This document shows, in pieces, positions 38,975-47,667 of a stretch of DNA of 64,000 nt. Origin of the DNA: a bacterium (GTDB taxonomy: Bacteria; Krumholzibacteriota; Krumholzibacteriia; LZORAL124-64-63); contig JANOEP010000047.1 in assembly GCA_031441465.1 (NCBI GenBank), forward strand, positions 1 to 64,000. Reading direction: 5' to 3'. Under the pieces are notes generated by a model, which saw nothing but the letters and a program-made list of their open reading frames with translations, did no database searches and was not told the DNA's origin. Position 1 is the first letter of the stretch. Every line of letters begins with the position of its first letter. Position numbers and translations under genes: made by a program.

Positions 38975-39587
38975 CGTGGTTGTCGGCGTGCGTCCAGCCG
39001 AACGGAGCGACATCGATTCCATCGTCGCCGTTCACCAGCGGGCGTTTCCCGACTTTTACATGACGCGCATGGGGTCCGCGTTTCTCCGCACATATTATCG
39101 GACGGTGCTGACGTGTGAGGGCGGACAGCTGTTCGTGGCAGAGACGGAAGGCCGGTGTCTCGGTTTCGTCGCGGGATCCCTGAACCCGGCTCGGTTCTAC
39201 GCGTTCATGTCGCAAAGGAAAGCATCGTTCATCTGGCCTGCTTTCCTGGGAATCATCAGGCGTCCGTCGTTGATCGGTCGCACGCTGTTCAACCGCAACC
39301 GGGTGAAGTCGGCCAGCCATGCCCGAGAAGCGGATACGAACACGGCGGAATTGTCCTCCATAGGAGTGGATCCGCTCGCGGCTTCCCGAGGGGTGGGTGG
39401 TGATCTGCTGAGGGCGTTCATGGAGAGTGCCCTCGCGGGAGGTTCGGATTGCATCAGCCTGACGACGGATGCTCGCGATAACCAGAGGGTCAATTCATTC
39501 TATCTCAAACACGGATTCAGCCTCGTCGCCCGGTTCGTATCCGATTCGGATCGCGAAATGAATGAGTATCGATTAAGGCTGAATTGA
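38967..39587 (+). CDS. GNAT-family acetyltransferase
   Basis: H..AFP.F, ELSSIGV.P...RGVG..L, N..V..FY.K.GF. Confidence 0.85.
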   Translation: MADVVVGVRPAERSDIDSIVAVHQRAFPDFYMTRMGSAFLRTYYRTVLTCEGGQLFVAETEGRCLGFVAGSLNPARFYAFMSQRKASFIWPAFLGIIRRPSLIGRTLFNRNRVKSASHAREADTNTAELSSIGVDPLAASRGVGGDLLRAFMESALAGGSDCISLTTDARDNQRVNSFYLKHGFSLVARFVSDSDREMNEYRLRLN

Positions 39588-39589
39588 TC

Positions 39590-40753
39590 CTACCCGGTTG
39601 ATCCGGTGACCGACAGGATGTCGCGGACCGCATCGATCACATCCCGCACGTCGGCATCGAGTAATCCCGGATGCAACGGCAAACTGATCTCCCGCTCCGT
39701 GCAGTCCATCGCCACCGGAAAATCCTCCGGCCGGTAGCCGTACCGTTCCCGGTAGTACGTGAAGGTGTGTATGGGAATGAAGTGCACGCTGGTGCCGATG
39801 TTCTTGGCCCGCAGTTCCTCGATAAACCGGTCGCGCGGAATCGCCACCCTGTCGGCGATCAATCTCAGCGGATAGAGGTGCCAGGCGTGCTGGACGTCGC
39901 TCCGCTCGGTGGGCAGTTCGAAGACGCCCATCTCAGCGAAGGCCTCGTTGTACAGCCGGACGATCTCCCGCCTGCGCGCGTGCATCGCCTCGAGCCGCCG
40001 CAGCTGCTGCAGCCCGATCGCGGCCTGGATGTCGGTCATGTTGTATTTGAACCCCGGCGTGACGATGTCGTAGCGCCAGCTACCGAAGCGGTCGTTGCGC
40101 TTCCAGGCGTCGCGGTCCATGCCGTGAAGGCTGACGACGATGCCGCGATTGATCATCTCCTGCGCGCCCGTCAGCATGCCCCCCTCGGCGGTGGTCAGGT
40201 TTTTTGTGGCATAGAAAGAAAAGGCGACGGGATTCTCCCAGGAACCGATGAACCTGCCCTTGTACTTGGCGGGGACGGCGTGGGCTGCGTCTTCGATCAG
40301 GAGCAGCCCGTGCTCCTCGCAGATCGCCCGCAAAGCGTCCAGTTCGCAGGGATGGCCGCCGTAATGCACGGCGATGATGGCGCGCGTGCGCGGCGTCACG
40401 GCGGCGCGGACCTGGGCGGGATCGATGTTCATGGTGTCGGGCTCGACGTCCACCAGGATCGGGCGGGCGCCCGTGTGCTCGATGACCGCGACGGTGGCGG
40501 TGAACGTGACCGGGGTTGTTATAACTTCGTCATTCGTGCCGATACCGGCCAGAACGAGGGCAGTGTGCAAGGCCGCTGTGCAGGAGCTCAGGGCCAGGGC
40601 GGCCGGCGCACCCACGTAATCCCGGAATTCCTGTTCGAAGCGCTTGGTTTTCGGACCGGTGGTGATCCATCCGGAGCGGAGACTGTCGACGACTTCGGCA
40701 ATCTCCTCTTCACCCAGATAAGGTGGCGAAAAGGGCAGGAACTGTTCACGCAT
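39590..40753 (-). CDS. DegT/DnrJ/EryC1/StrS sugar aminotransferase
   Basis: SGWITTGP, SSCTAALH, EDAAHA, FSFYATKNLTTAEGG, GFKYNMTDIQAAIG. Confidence 0.95.
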   Translation of the reverse strand: MREQFLPFSPPYLGEEEIAEVVDSLRSGWITTGPKTKRFEQEFRDYVGAPAALALSSCTAALHTALVLAGIGTNDEVITTPVTFTATVAVIEHTGARPILVDVEPDTMNIDPAQVRAAVTPRTRAIIAVHYGGHPCELDALRAICEEHGLLLIEDAAHAVPAKYKGRFIGSWENPVAFSFYATKNLTTAEGGMLTGAQEMINRGIVVSLHGMDRDAWKRNDRFGSWRYDIVTPGFKYNMTDIQAAIGLQQLRRLEAMHARRREIVRLYNEAFAEMGVFELPTERSDVQHAWHLYPLRLIADRVAIPRDRFIEELRAKNIGTSVHFIPIHTFTYYRERYGYRPEDFPVAMDCTEREISLPLHPGLLDADVRDVIDAVRDILSVTGSTG

Positions 40754-41051
40754 CGGCTAGTCCTTGAATGCCGGATGTCGGATGTGTTGCGGTCACATCA
40801 GTGACTGCAATACCGCTACGATACACTTGATGTGGCGGTTGTCCAGATCTTGGTCTCGATCCTGCATCGACAATAATCTCGACAGGTTGAGTTCAAGATC
40901 CTATCGTACGGGCCGGAGGGACCCGTCAGGGTCGCTCGACGGCGTTTTTCACGGAAGTTCGGCTTGGAACGCCTCGACGCCCTTCTTGCCCGGCACATGT
41001 GACGTGTGCCCCCATGGCACCGCTGACGGATGCGGGTGCCCGGAGGGGACG

Positions 41052-41789
41052 ATGATCAAGAGATCGTTCGATATCGCGGTGGCGGTTTGTGGAATCGTGC
41101 CGCTGCTGCCGGTCATGTTCGTGATCGCGGCGGCAGTCAAACTCACCAGTCCCGGCCCGGTGTTCTACCGACAGGTCCGTGTCGGCCGCAACGGCCGGCC
41201 GTTCCGCATCTACAAGTTCCGCTCGATGGTCTGCGACGCCGAATTGCGCGGTGGTCCCCTGACCGTCGGCGGCGACGCTCGCATCACGCCGTTCGGCCGG
41301 TTCCTGCGCCGGCACAAGCTCGACGAGTGGCCCCAGCTGTTCAATGTGCTGTGCGGGGAGATGTCCCTCGTCGGCCCCCGGCCGGAAGTCCCAGAATTTA
41401 TCGAGATGTACCCCGAGAGCTACAAGCGCATCCTCAGCGTGCGGCCGGGCATGACCAGCCTGACCACCCTCGTGTTCCGCAACGAGGAGCAGCTCCTGGC
41501 CGCGGTTGCGGATCCCCGGCGTCTATACCGTGAGACGATCCTGCCCTACAAGATCATGCACGCTTCGAAGTCCCTGCAGCACCAGCATCTGAGCGAGGAT
41601 GTGCGGACGATCGTGGCCACCATCTTCAACGCCGCCGAAACCATCACCGCAGAGGAACTCGATTGCGCCGCCGCCGACCTGCCGCGCCTGGTCCGCCCAG
41701 CCAGCAGGAAAGCGCCGGACTTCGTGCCGGAGGCCGACACCGCCCGCGAGTACGAGCTAGCGGTATCCACATCGGCTGGGAAAACTTAG
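41052..41789 (+). CDS. Bacterial sugar transferase (PglC/WcaJ-type initiating phosphoglycosyltransferase)
   Basis: KRSFDI, FYRQ.RVG, KFRSM, D.RIT..GRFLR..KLDE.PQL.NVL.GEMSLVGPRPE. Confidence 0.93.
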   Translation: MIKRSFDIAVAVCGIVPLLPVMFVIAAAVKLTSPGPVFYRQVRVGRNGRPFRIYKFRSMVCDAELRGGPLTVGGDARITPFGRFLRRHKLDEWPQLFNVLCGEMSLVGPRPEVPEFIEMYPESYKRILSVRPGMTSLTTLVFRNEEQLLAAVADPRRLYRETILPYKIMHASKSLQHQHLSEDVRTIVATIFNAAETITAEELDCAAADLPRLVRPASRKAPDFVPEADTAREYELAVSTSAGKT

Positions 41790-41840
41790 CTCCGCCGGCC
41801 CTGGCTTGTCTGAATCGACCCTCACGCGCCCGGAGGCGAC

Positions 41841-43028
41841 GTGATCGGACAATCCGAGAGTAGCCTGTCCCATCTGGAGTGCCCGCTCTGCGGCCAGCGT
41901 CACGATGCCGACATCCTGCAGAACCTGTGCACGGATTGCGGCAAGCCCCTGCTGGCCCGCTACGACCTGGCCCTCGCCGCCCAGACCCTCACCCTCGCCT
42001 CCCTGCCCTCCCGCCCCCGCAACCTGTGGCGCTGGGCCGAGGTGTTGCCCGTCCGCGACCCCGCCCATCGCCTGACCCTCGGTGAAGGCTCGACCCCGCT
42101 GGCGCCCGCCCCCCGTCTCGGCGAAGCGCTCGGCCTGCCCCGCCTGCTGGTCAAGGACGAGGGCCTCAACCCCACGACCAGCTTCAAGGCCCGCGGCATG
42201 GCGGCGGCCGTCTCCCGTGCGCGCGAACTGGGCGCGACGGTGCTCTCGACCCCATCGGCCGGGAACGCCGCCGGCGCGCTGGCGGCCTACGCCGCCCTGG
42301 CCGGCCTGCCCGCCCGCGTCTACATGCCCCGCGACGTCCCCACCCCGTTCGTAGCCGAGTGCCGGGCGCTGGGGGCGCAGGTCGCCCTGGTCGACGGTCT
42401 GATCACCGACTGCGGCCGCCTCGCCGCCGCGGATCTGCTCACCGCCGGCGGCTTCGACTTGTCGACCCTCAAGGAGCCCTACCGTCTCGAAGGCAAGAAG
42501 ACGATGGGCTACGAGCTGGCCGAACAGCTCGGCTGGCGATTGCCCGACGTCATCGTCTACCCGACGGGTGGCGGCACGGGGCTGATCGGCATGGCCAAGG
42601 CCTTCGACGAGCTGGAGGAGCTGGGCTGGATCGGAGCCGCGCGCCCGCGCCTGGTCACCGTCCAGTGCGCGGGCTGCGCCCCGTTGGTGCGGGCCTTCGC
42701 GGCCGGCGACGAGTTCGCCTCGCCCTGGGTGGGCGCGACGACCATCGCCGACGGGCTGCGCGTGCCCTCCGCCGTGGGCGACTTCCTGGTGCTGCGTGCG
42801 CTGCGGGCGAGCGCCGGCACGGCGGTGGCCGTCACCGACGCCGAGGCCCTCGAAGGATGCTCGCTGCTGGCCCGCGAAGGGATCTTCGCCGCACCCGAGG
42901 GGGGCGCCACGGTGGCGGCCGCCCGTGATCTCGCAGCTTCGGGGTGGCTGCATCCCGAGGAGACGGTCCTGCTGTTCAACACCGGCAGCGGCCACAAGTA
43001 CGCGCACCTGTGGGCGGGTGGAGCTTGA
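41841..43028 (+). CDS. thrC: Threonine synthase (PLP fold II)
   Basis: TLGEG.TPL, KDEGLNPT.SFKARG, SAGNA, EGKKTMGYE, TGGGTG, NTGSG.KY. Confidence 0.9.
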   Translation: MIGQSESSLSHLECPLCGQRHDADILQNLCTDCGKPLLARYDLALAAQTLTLASLPSRPRNLWRWAEVLPVRDPAHRLTLGEGSTPLAPAPRLGEALGLPRLLVKDEGLNPTTSFKARGMAAAVSRARELGATVLSTPSAGNAAGALAAYAALAGLPARVYMPRDVPTPFVAECRALGAQVALVDGLITDCGRLAAADLLTAGGFDLSTLKEPYRLEGKKTMGYELAEQLGWRLPDVIVYPTGGGTGLIGMAKAFDELEELGWIGAARPRLVTVQCAGCAPLVRAFAAGDEFASPWVGATTIADGLRVPSAVGDFLVLRALRASAGTAVAVTDAEALEGCSLLAREGIFAAPEGGATVAAARDLAASGWLHPEETVLLFNTGSGHKYAHLWAGGA

Positions 43029-43131
43029 CAGAGAGCCGTGCCGGTGACCATGATGCAAGCCGACGGCGCAGGCCCTGTATAACTGTTCACAAATAAACAA
43101 GTTAATCGGATCAGGATCCAGGAGGAAGTCC

Positions 43132-43590
43132 ATGAACCCCTACGACGAGCTGCTTGCGAAAGCCCGCCCGATCGTCGAGGCGGACCTGCGCTCCGAGGAC
43201 AAGATGCAGGCTGTCACCGCGCTGCTCGCCGCAGGCGTCGAGGGTTTCGACTGCGTCGCCTTCTTCCTGGTCGATCCCGAGAACCCGCGCCAGTTGCTGA
43301 TCGGACCCCGCAGCGGCGCCGCGCTTTCCCCGACCCACATCGCGATCGGCCAAGGCGTCTGCGGGCGGGTCGTCGAGCACGCCATCACGATCGTCGTGGA
43401 CGACGTCACCCAGGAACTGAACTACTTGCCCGGCCACCCGGACACGCGCAGCGAGATCGTGCTGCCGGTCTTCCGCAACGGCCAGGTCGTCGCCGAACTG
43501 GACGTCAATTCGTTCCAACTCGCCCGCTTCCAGCCCGAGGAGCGGCTCTTCCTCGAAGAACTGTGCCTCCTGCTGACCGACCGGATCTGA
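43132..43590 (+). CDS. Stand-alone GAF protein (fRMsr/MsrC-like)
   Basis: GGAGG RBS; I.IGQGVCG, V.DV....NY, SEIVLP, ELDV.S. Confidence 0.8.
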   Translation: MNPYDELLAKARPIVEADLRSEDKMQAVTALLAAGVEGFDCVAFFLVDPENPRQLLIGPRSGAALSPTHIAIGQGVCGRVVEHAITIVVDDVTQELNYLPGHPDTRSEIVLPVFRNGQVVAELDVNSFQLARFQPEERLFLEELCLLLTDRI

Positions 43591-43603
43591 GCCGGAGGCT
43601 CCC

Positions 43604-44530
43604 GTGAACCACCCTCAGCACGACCAGCCCCTGAGCCGCGCGGGTCTCGCCCACCTCGGCGTCGTCTATGTCGTCTGGGGCAGCACCTACCTCGCCATCC
43701 GACTGGCCGTGCGCGAGGGCGCCGGCTTCCCGCCCTTCACGCTGGCCTGCCTGCGCGTGCTGGCCGCCGCCGCCGTGCTGCTGGGCTGGGCCGCGATCCG
43801 CGGCCACCGCCTGCGGCCCACGCGCCGGGAGACGGTCGTGCTGGCCGGCTCGGGCCTGCTGCTTTGGGTCGGCGGCAACGGGTTGGTGACCTGGGCCGAG
43901 CAGCGCGCCGACTCGGGCATCGCGGCCCTGCTGGTCGGGATCATGCCCATCTGGGGGGCGCTGATCGAGGCCGTGCTCGACCGGCGCGCCCCGTCGCCCA
44001 AACTGGCCGGTTCGTTGCTGATCGGCTTCGCCGGCGTGGGCCTGCTTTCGTGGCCGCTGCTGCGCCACGGCACCAGCGCCGACGTCTGGGCGGTCATTGG
44101 CCTGCTGATCGCGCCGCTCACCTGGATCGCCGGCTCGATCTGGATGGCGCGCCGCCGGCCGGGCTTGTCGATCCAGGCCGCGTCGGGCTGGCAGCAACTC
44201 TTCGGCGGCCTGGGCTTTCTGGTGGTGATCGCGCTGACCGGCGAGCCGCGCCCGACGCCGACCGGCGAGGCGTGGCTGGCCTGGGCCTACCTGACGGTCT
44301 TCGGCTCCATCGTGGCCTTCACCTCGTACGTGACGGTGCTGCGCCTGCTGCCGATGCAGGTGGCCATGACCTACACCTACGCCAACCCGGTCATCGCCGT
44401 GCTGCTGGGGCACCTGATCCTCGACGAGCCCATCACCTCGTGGACGCTGGGCGGGGCCGTGCTGGTGATGGCGGGGATCGCGGGGGTCTTCAACAACCGC
44501 CTGCAGCCCATGAAGAAGGTGGCGGCGTGA
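43604..44530 (+). CDS. EamA/DMT-family transporter (YedA-like)
   Basis: VYVVWGSTYLAIR, YL..FGSIVAF..Y, Y.Y.NPVIAV.LG. Confidence 0.92.
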   Translation: MNHPQHDQPLSRAGLAHLGVVYVVWGSTYLAIRLAVREGAGFPPFTLACLRVLAAAAVLLGWAAIRGHRLRPTRRETVVLAGSGLLLWVGGNGLVTWAEQRADSGIAALLVGIMPIWGALIEAVLDRRAPSPKLAGSLLIGFAGVGLLSWPLLRHGTSADVWAVIGLLIAPLTWIAGSIWMARRRPGLSIQAASGWQQLFGGLGFLVVIALTGEPRPTPTGEAWLAWAYLTVFGSIVAFTSYVTVLRLLPMQVAMTYTYANPVIAVLLGHLILDEPITSWTLGGAVLVMAGIAGVFNNRLQPMKKVAA

Positions 44531-45783
44531 CCGGCGTGGATTCCGGCAGAACAGCCGACCTCGTCGTCGCCGGCGCCGGCCCCGCCGGCGTCTTCGCCGC
44601 CATCCGTTGCCGCGAGCTGGCGCCCGCCGCCCGCGTGATCGTCCTGGAACGCGGTCGCGAGCCGCTGCGCAAGGTGCTGATCAGCGGCGGCGGCCGCTGC
44701 AACGTGACGAACGTCCGCACCGACCCGCGCGAACTCGCGACGTTCTACCCGCGCGGCGGCCGCGAGCTGATGGGCCCGTTCTCGCGCTTCGGCCCCGCCG
44801 AGACCGTCGCCTGGTTCGCACGGCGCGGCGTCGCACTGCGCGCCCAGCCCGACGGCCGCTACTTCCCGGTCACCGATTCTTCGCGCACGGTCGTCGACGC
44901 CCTGCTGCGCGCCGTCCGGGAGACGGGCGTCGAGCTGCGCCTGGGCTGCGGCTTGCGGTCGGCGGCCCGTGCGCCCGACGGCGGCTTCGCCCTCGAGACC
45001 GACGCCGGCCCCCTGCACGCGCGCGCGCTGCTGCTGGCGACCGGCGGCGGCAGCGGCAACGCCGGCTGGACCGCAGCCGCCGACCTCGGCCACACGGTCG
45101 CGCCGCCGGTGCCCTCGCTCTTCACCTTCCGCTGCCGCGACCCTCGCCTCCAGAACCTGGCCGGCATCGCCTTCACCGACGCCGAGGTGCGGCTCGCCGG
45201 CACCAAACACCGCCGTCGCGGCCCCCTGCTGGTCACCCACGACGGGCTGAGCGGCCCCGCCGTGCTGCTGCTCTCGGCGTGGAGCGCGCGCGAACTGCAC
45301 GCCTGCGAGTACCGCTTCGACGTCCTGGTGGACTGGATCCCCGCCGTGCCGGCGGATGCCGTGCGCGAGGCCCTGACGAAGGCGCGTCGCGACCACCCTC
45401 GCCGCCAGGTTCGCACCTTGGCCCCGGTCGTCCTGCCCCAGCGGCTGTGGGAATCCCTGATGGAGGGCGCGGGCATGTCCGACGGTCGCGTCTGGGCCGA
45501 ACTGACCCGCGACGAGGCCGCCATCCTGGCCGACGACCTCAAGGGGACGCACTTCTCGATCGACGGCCAGTCCCCGTTCAAGGAGGAGTTCGTGACCTGC
45601 GGCGGCGTGGCCCTGCGCGAGGTCGACCCGCGCACCTTCGAGAGCCGCCTGGTGCCGGGCCTCTACTTCGCCGGCGAGTTGCTGGAGATCGACGGGGTGA
45701 CCGGGGGGTTCAATTTCCAGAGTTGCTGGACGACGGGATGGTTGGCGGGGAATGCCGCCGCGGGTCGTCTCCAGGCGTCGTAA
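44527..45783 (+). CDS. HI0933/YhiN-family flavoprotein (NAD(P)/FAD-dependent oxidoreductase)
   Basis: GAGPAG, K..ISGGGRCNVTN, ATGG, PSLF, VTCGGV, FAGE...DG.TGGFNFQ. Confidence 0.93.
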   Translation: MTGVDSGRTADLVVAGAGPAGVFAAIRCRELAPAARVIVLERGREPLRKVLISGGGRCNVTNVRTDPRELATFYPRGGRELMGPFSRFGPAETVAWFARRGVALRAQPDGRYFPVTDSSRTVVDALLRAVRETGVELRLGCGLRSAARAPDGGFALETDAGPLHARALLLATGGGSGNAGWTAAADLGHTVAPPVPSLFTFRCRDPRLQNLAGIAFTDAEVRLAGTKHRRRGPLLVTHDGLSGPAVLLLSAWSARELHACEYRFDVLVDWIPAVPADAVREALTKARRDHPRRQVRTLAPVVLPQRLWESLMEGAGMSDGRVWAELTRDEAAILADDLKGTHFSIDGQSPFKEEFVTCGGVALREVDPRTFESRLVPGLYFAGELLEIDGVTGGFNFQSCWTTGWLAGNAAAGRLQAS

Positions 45784-45930
45784 TTTATTCATGACGCAAA
45801 TATTGACACATCAACAATAGACCACTTGGAGGATTCCCATCGGGTGCTACCGATCAGTTAAATATACACACTAATATCTATATAAATCTATATTTGAAAG
45901 ATTTCTGGAGTAATACCCATGACCGGTTCC

Positions 45931-46761
45931 CTAATCAAGACCGGCTTCAGGTTGGCAAGCTGGGCAGAAATGGGTCCCCCTTCCCCCCACCACGATCCTC
46001 TCCAGCACCCCCCCGCAATCCCGACACGGCTCCCCGTCCCTCTGGAACACCCGCAGCTTGCGCCTGAAATCCCCAGGCTGCCCGTGGAAGTCGCGGAAGT
46101 CCAGGAACGTGGTCCCCCCGTGCTCGATCGCCAGGCGCAGCACCCCGCGCACGGCGTCGTAAGCTCGTCGCAGCTCCGCGTCGGTGCAGTCGGCGGGGCG
46201 CCGCAGCGGGTGCACGCGGGCGCGGAACAGGGCCTCGTCGGCGTAGATGTTGCCCACCCCGGCGGCGACCCCCTGGTCCAGCAGCACGGACTTGAAGGGG
46301 GCGCGTCGTCGGCGCAGCCGGTCGGCCCAGGCGGCGAAGCGGATGTCGAGCATGTCGGGCCCGACGTGCTCCAGCGCCGAGGGGTTCACGGCGTCGTCGA
46401 CCAGGGTCCAGCGCCCGAACTTGCGCACGTCGCGGTAGCGGACCTCGCGGCCGTCGAAATCCAGGACCAGGTGCACGTGGCGGTCGGGGCGGTCGGCGGG
46501 CTCGAACAGGACCTGGCCGGTCATCCGCAGGTGGAGCATCAGGTGGGCGGGGGCGGGCGCGTCCTGCCCGAACGTCATGATGAGGTACTTCCCGCGGCGG
46601 TGGACGCGGTCGAGCGTGCGGCCGACGACGGCGCGGCGCACGGCCGCCGCCGAAGGTTCCAGGCAGACGGCGTGGCGCACCTGCAGGCCGGTCAGTCGCC
46701 GGCTCGACAGGGCGGCGCGCAGGGCGCGGGCGACGCTTTCGACCTCCGGCAGTTCCGGCAC
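45931..46761 (-). CDS. mutM: Formamidopyrimidine-DNA glycosylase
   Basis: PELPEVE, RRGKYL, HLRMTG, D.RKFG, LLDQ...AG.GNIYADE.LF, C-terminal CxxC..CxxCQ zinc finger. Confidence 0.96.
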   Translation of the reverse strand: MPELPEVESVARALRAALSSRRLTGLQVRHAVCLEPSAAAVRRAVVGRTLDRVHRRGKYLIMTFGQDAPAPAHLMLHLRMTGQVLFEPADRPDRHVHLVLDFDGREVRYRDVRKFGRWTLVDDAVNPSALEHVGPDMLDIRFAAWADRLRRRRAPFKSVLLDQGVAAGVGNIYADEALFRARVHPLRRPADCTDAELRRAYDAVRGVLRLAIEHGGTTFLDFRDFHGQPGDFRRKLRVFQRDGEPCRDCGGVLERIVVGGRGTHFCPACQPEAGLD

Positions 46762-46763
46762 CG

Positions 46764-47522
46764 CTAGAACCCCCGGTCCTTCTTGATGCGGTTGTAGGCC
46801 GCGTTGATTTTCTGCAGCATCTCCTTGCCGGACTGCAGGAACTCCTCGGGCATGCCCTTGCCCTGCAGGATGTCGGGATGGTACTCCCTCGCGATGCGGC
46901 GGTAGGCCTTCTTGACCTCGTCGTCGGTGGCGTCCGGCTTCAAGCCGAGCGCCTCGTAGGCCGTTTCCAGGCTGTCCTGAACCGGGGCGAACAGGGCGTG
47001 GCACTCCTGGTAATCGCGGTCCGAGAGGCCCAGGTCGCGGGCGATGCCCCGGATCATCTCGTCCTCGACCGGGTGCATCCGGCCGTCGGCGTGGGCGATC
47101 TGCAGCAGCAGGGTCACGATCAGACGCAGGCGTTCGGGCGCGTGGCCCAGGATGCCGCGCACCTGCCGGGTGAAGTCTCCGGACGGGATGGGGCTGTCGC
47201 GGGCTTCGTCGAAGATGCGGCCCGCCATGCGGCGGTCCTCGGGCGACATCCGCAGGTGGTCGCGCAGGAAGGCGTCGAAGGTGCGGATCTCCGCCTCGGA
47301 AACGTGCCCGTCGGCCTTGCTGACCTTGGCCGCCAGGCTGATGACGGCCACCATGAAGGCGGTCTGGGTGTCCCGGACACCGGCGGTACGGGCGCCGGCG
47401 CCGCCGCTGCGCACGACCTGGGCGCTGGTCTGCGAGCCGAGGGCCCCGCCGATGATCATCCCGAGCGGCCCGCCCAACATGAAGCCGACCGTGCCGCCGA
47501 ACAGTGCGCCGAGCAGGCCCAT
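46764..47522 (-). CDS. djlA: DjlA-like co-chaperone (TerB-like plus C-terminal J domain)
   Basis: Gly-rich N-terminal anchor, KADG.VS..EI, ADG, J domain AY..LG..KKAYR....YHPD..INAAY. Confidence 0.85.
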   Translation of the reverse strand: MGLLGALFGGTVGFMLGGPLGMIIGGALGSQTSAQVVRSGGAGARTAGVRDTQTAFMVAVISLAAKVSKADGHVSEAEIRTFDAFLRDHLRMSPEDRRMAGRIFDEARDSPIPSGDFTRQVRGILGHAPERLRLIVTLLLQIAHADGRMHPVEDEMIRGIARDLGLSDRDYQECHALFAPVQDSLETAYEALGLKPDATDDEVKKAYRRIAREYHPDILQGKGMPEEFLQSGKEMLQKINAAYNRIKKDRGF

Positions 47523-47667
47523 CCCCGTCCGTCCTTCCCGTTCCGTCCGCCAGATCCGCGTTCAAGCCGTTGCCGGAGCGGCCGATGATAATGCCTGCGG
47601 ATCCAGGAGTCCACTTGCGCAGGGGTCCACGGGGCGGGCGGCCCGGCTGCCCGGGAGGTTGAGAGGG

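Noticed and set aside
40782..40798. TGTGT-N5-TCACA CRP-like site
   Set aside because: Spacer is one base short of consensus; no other support
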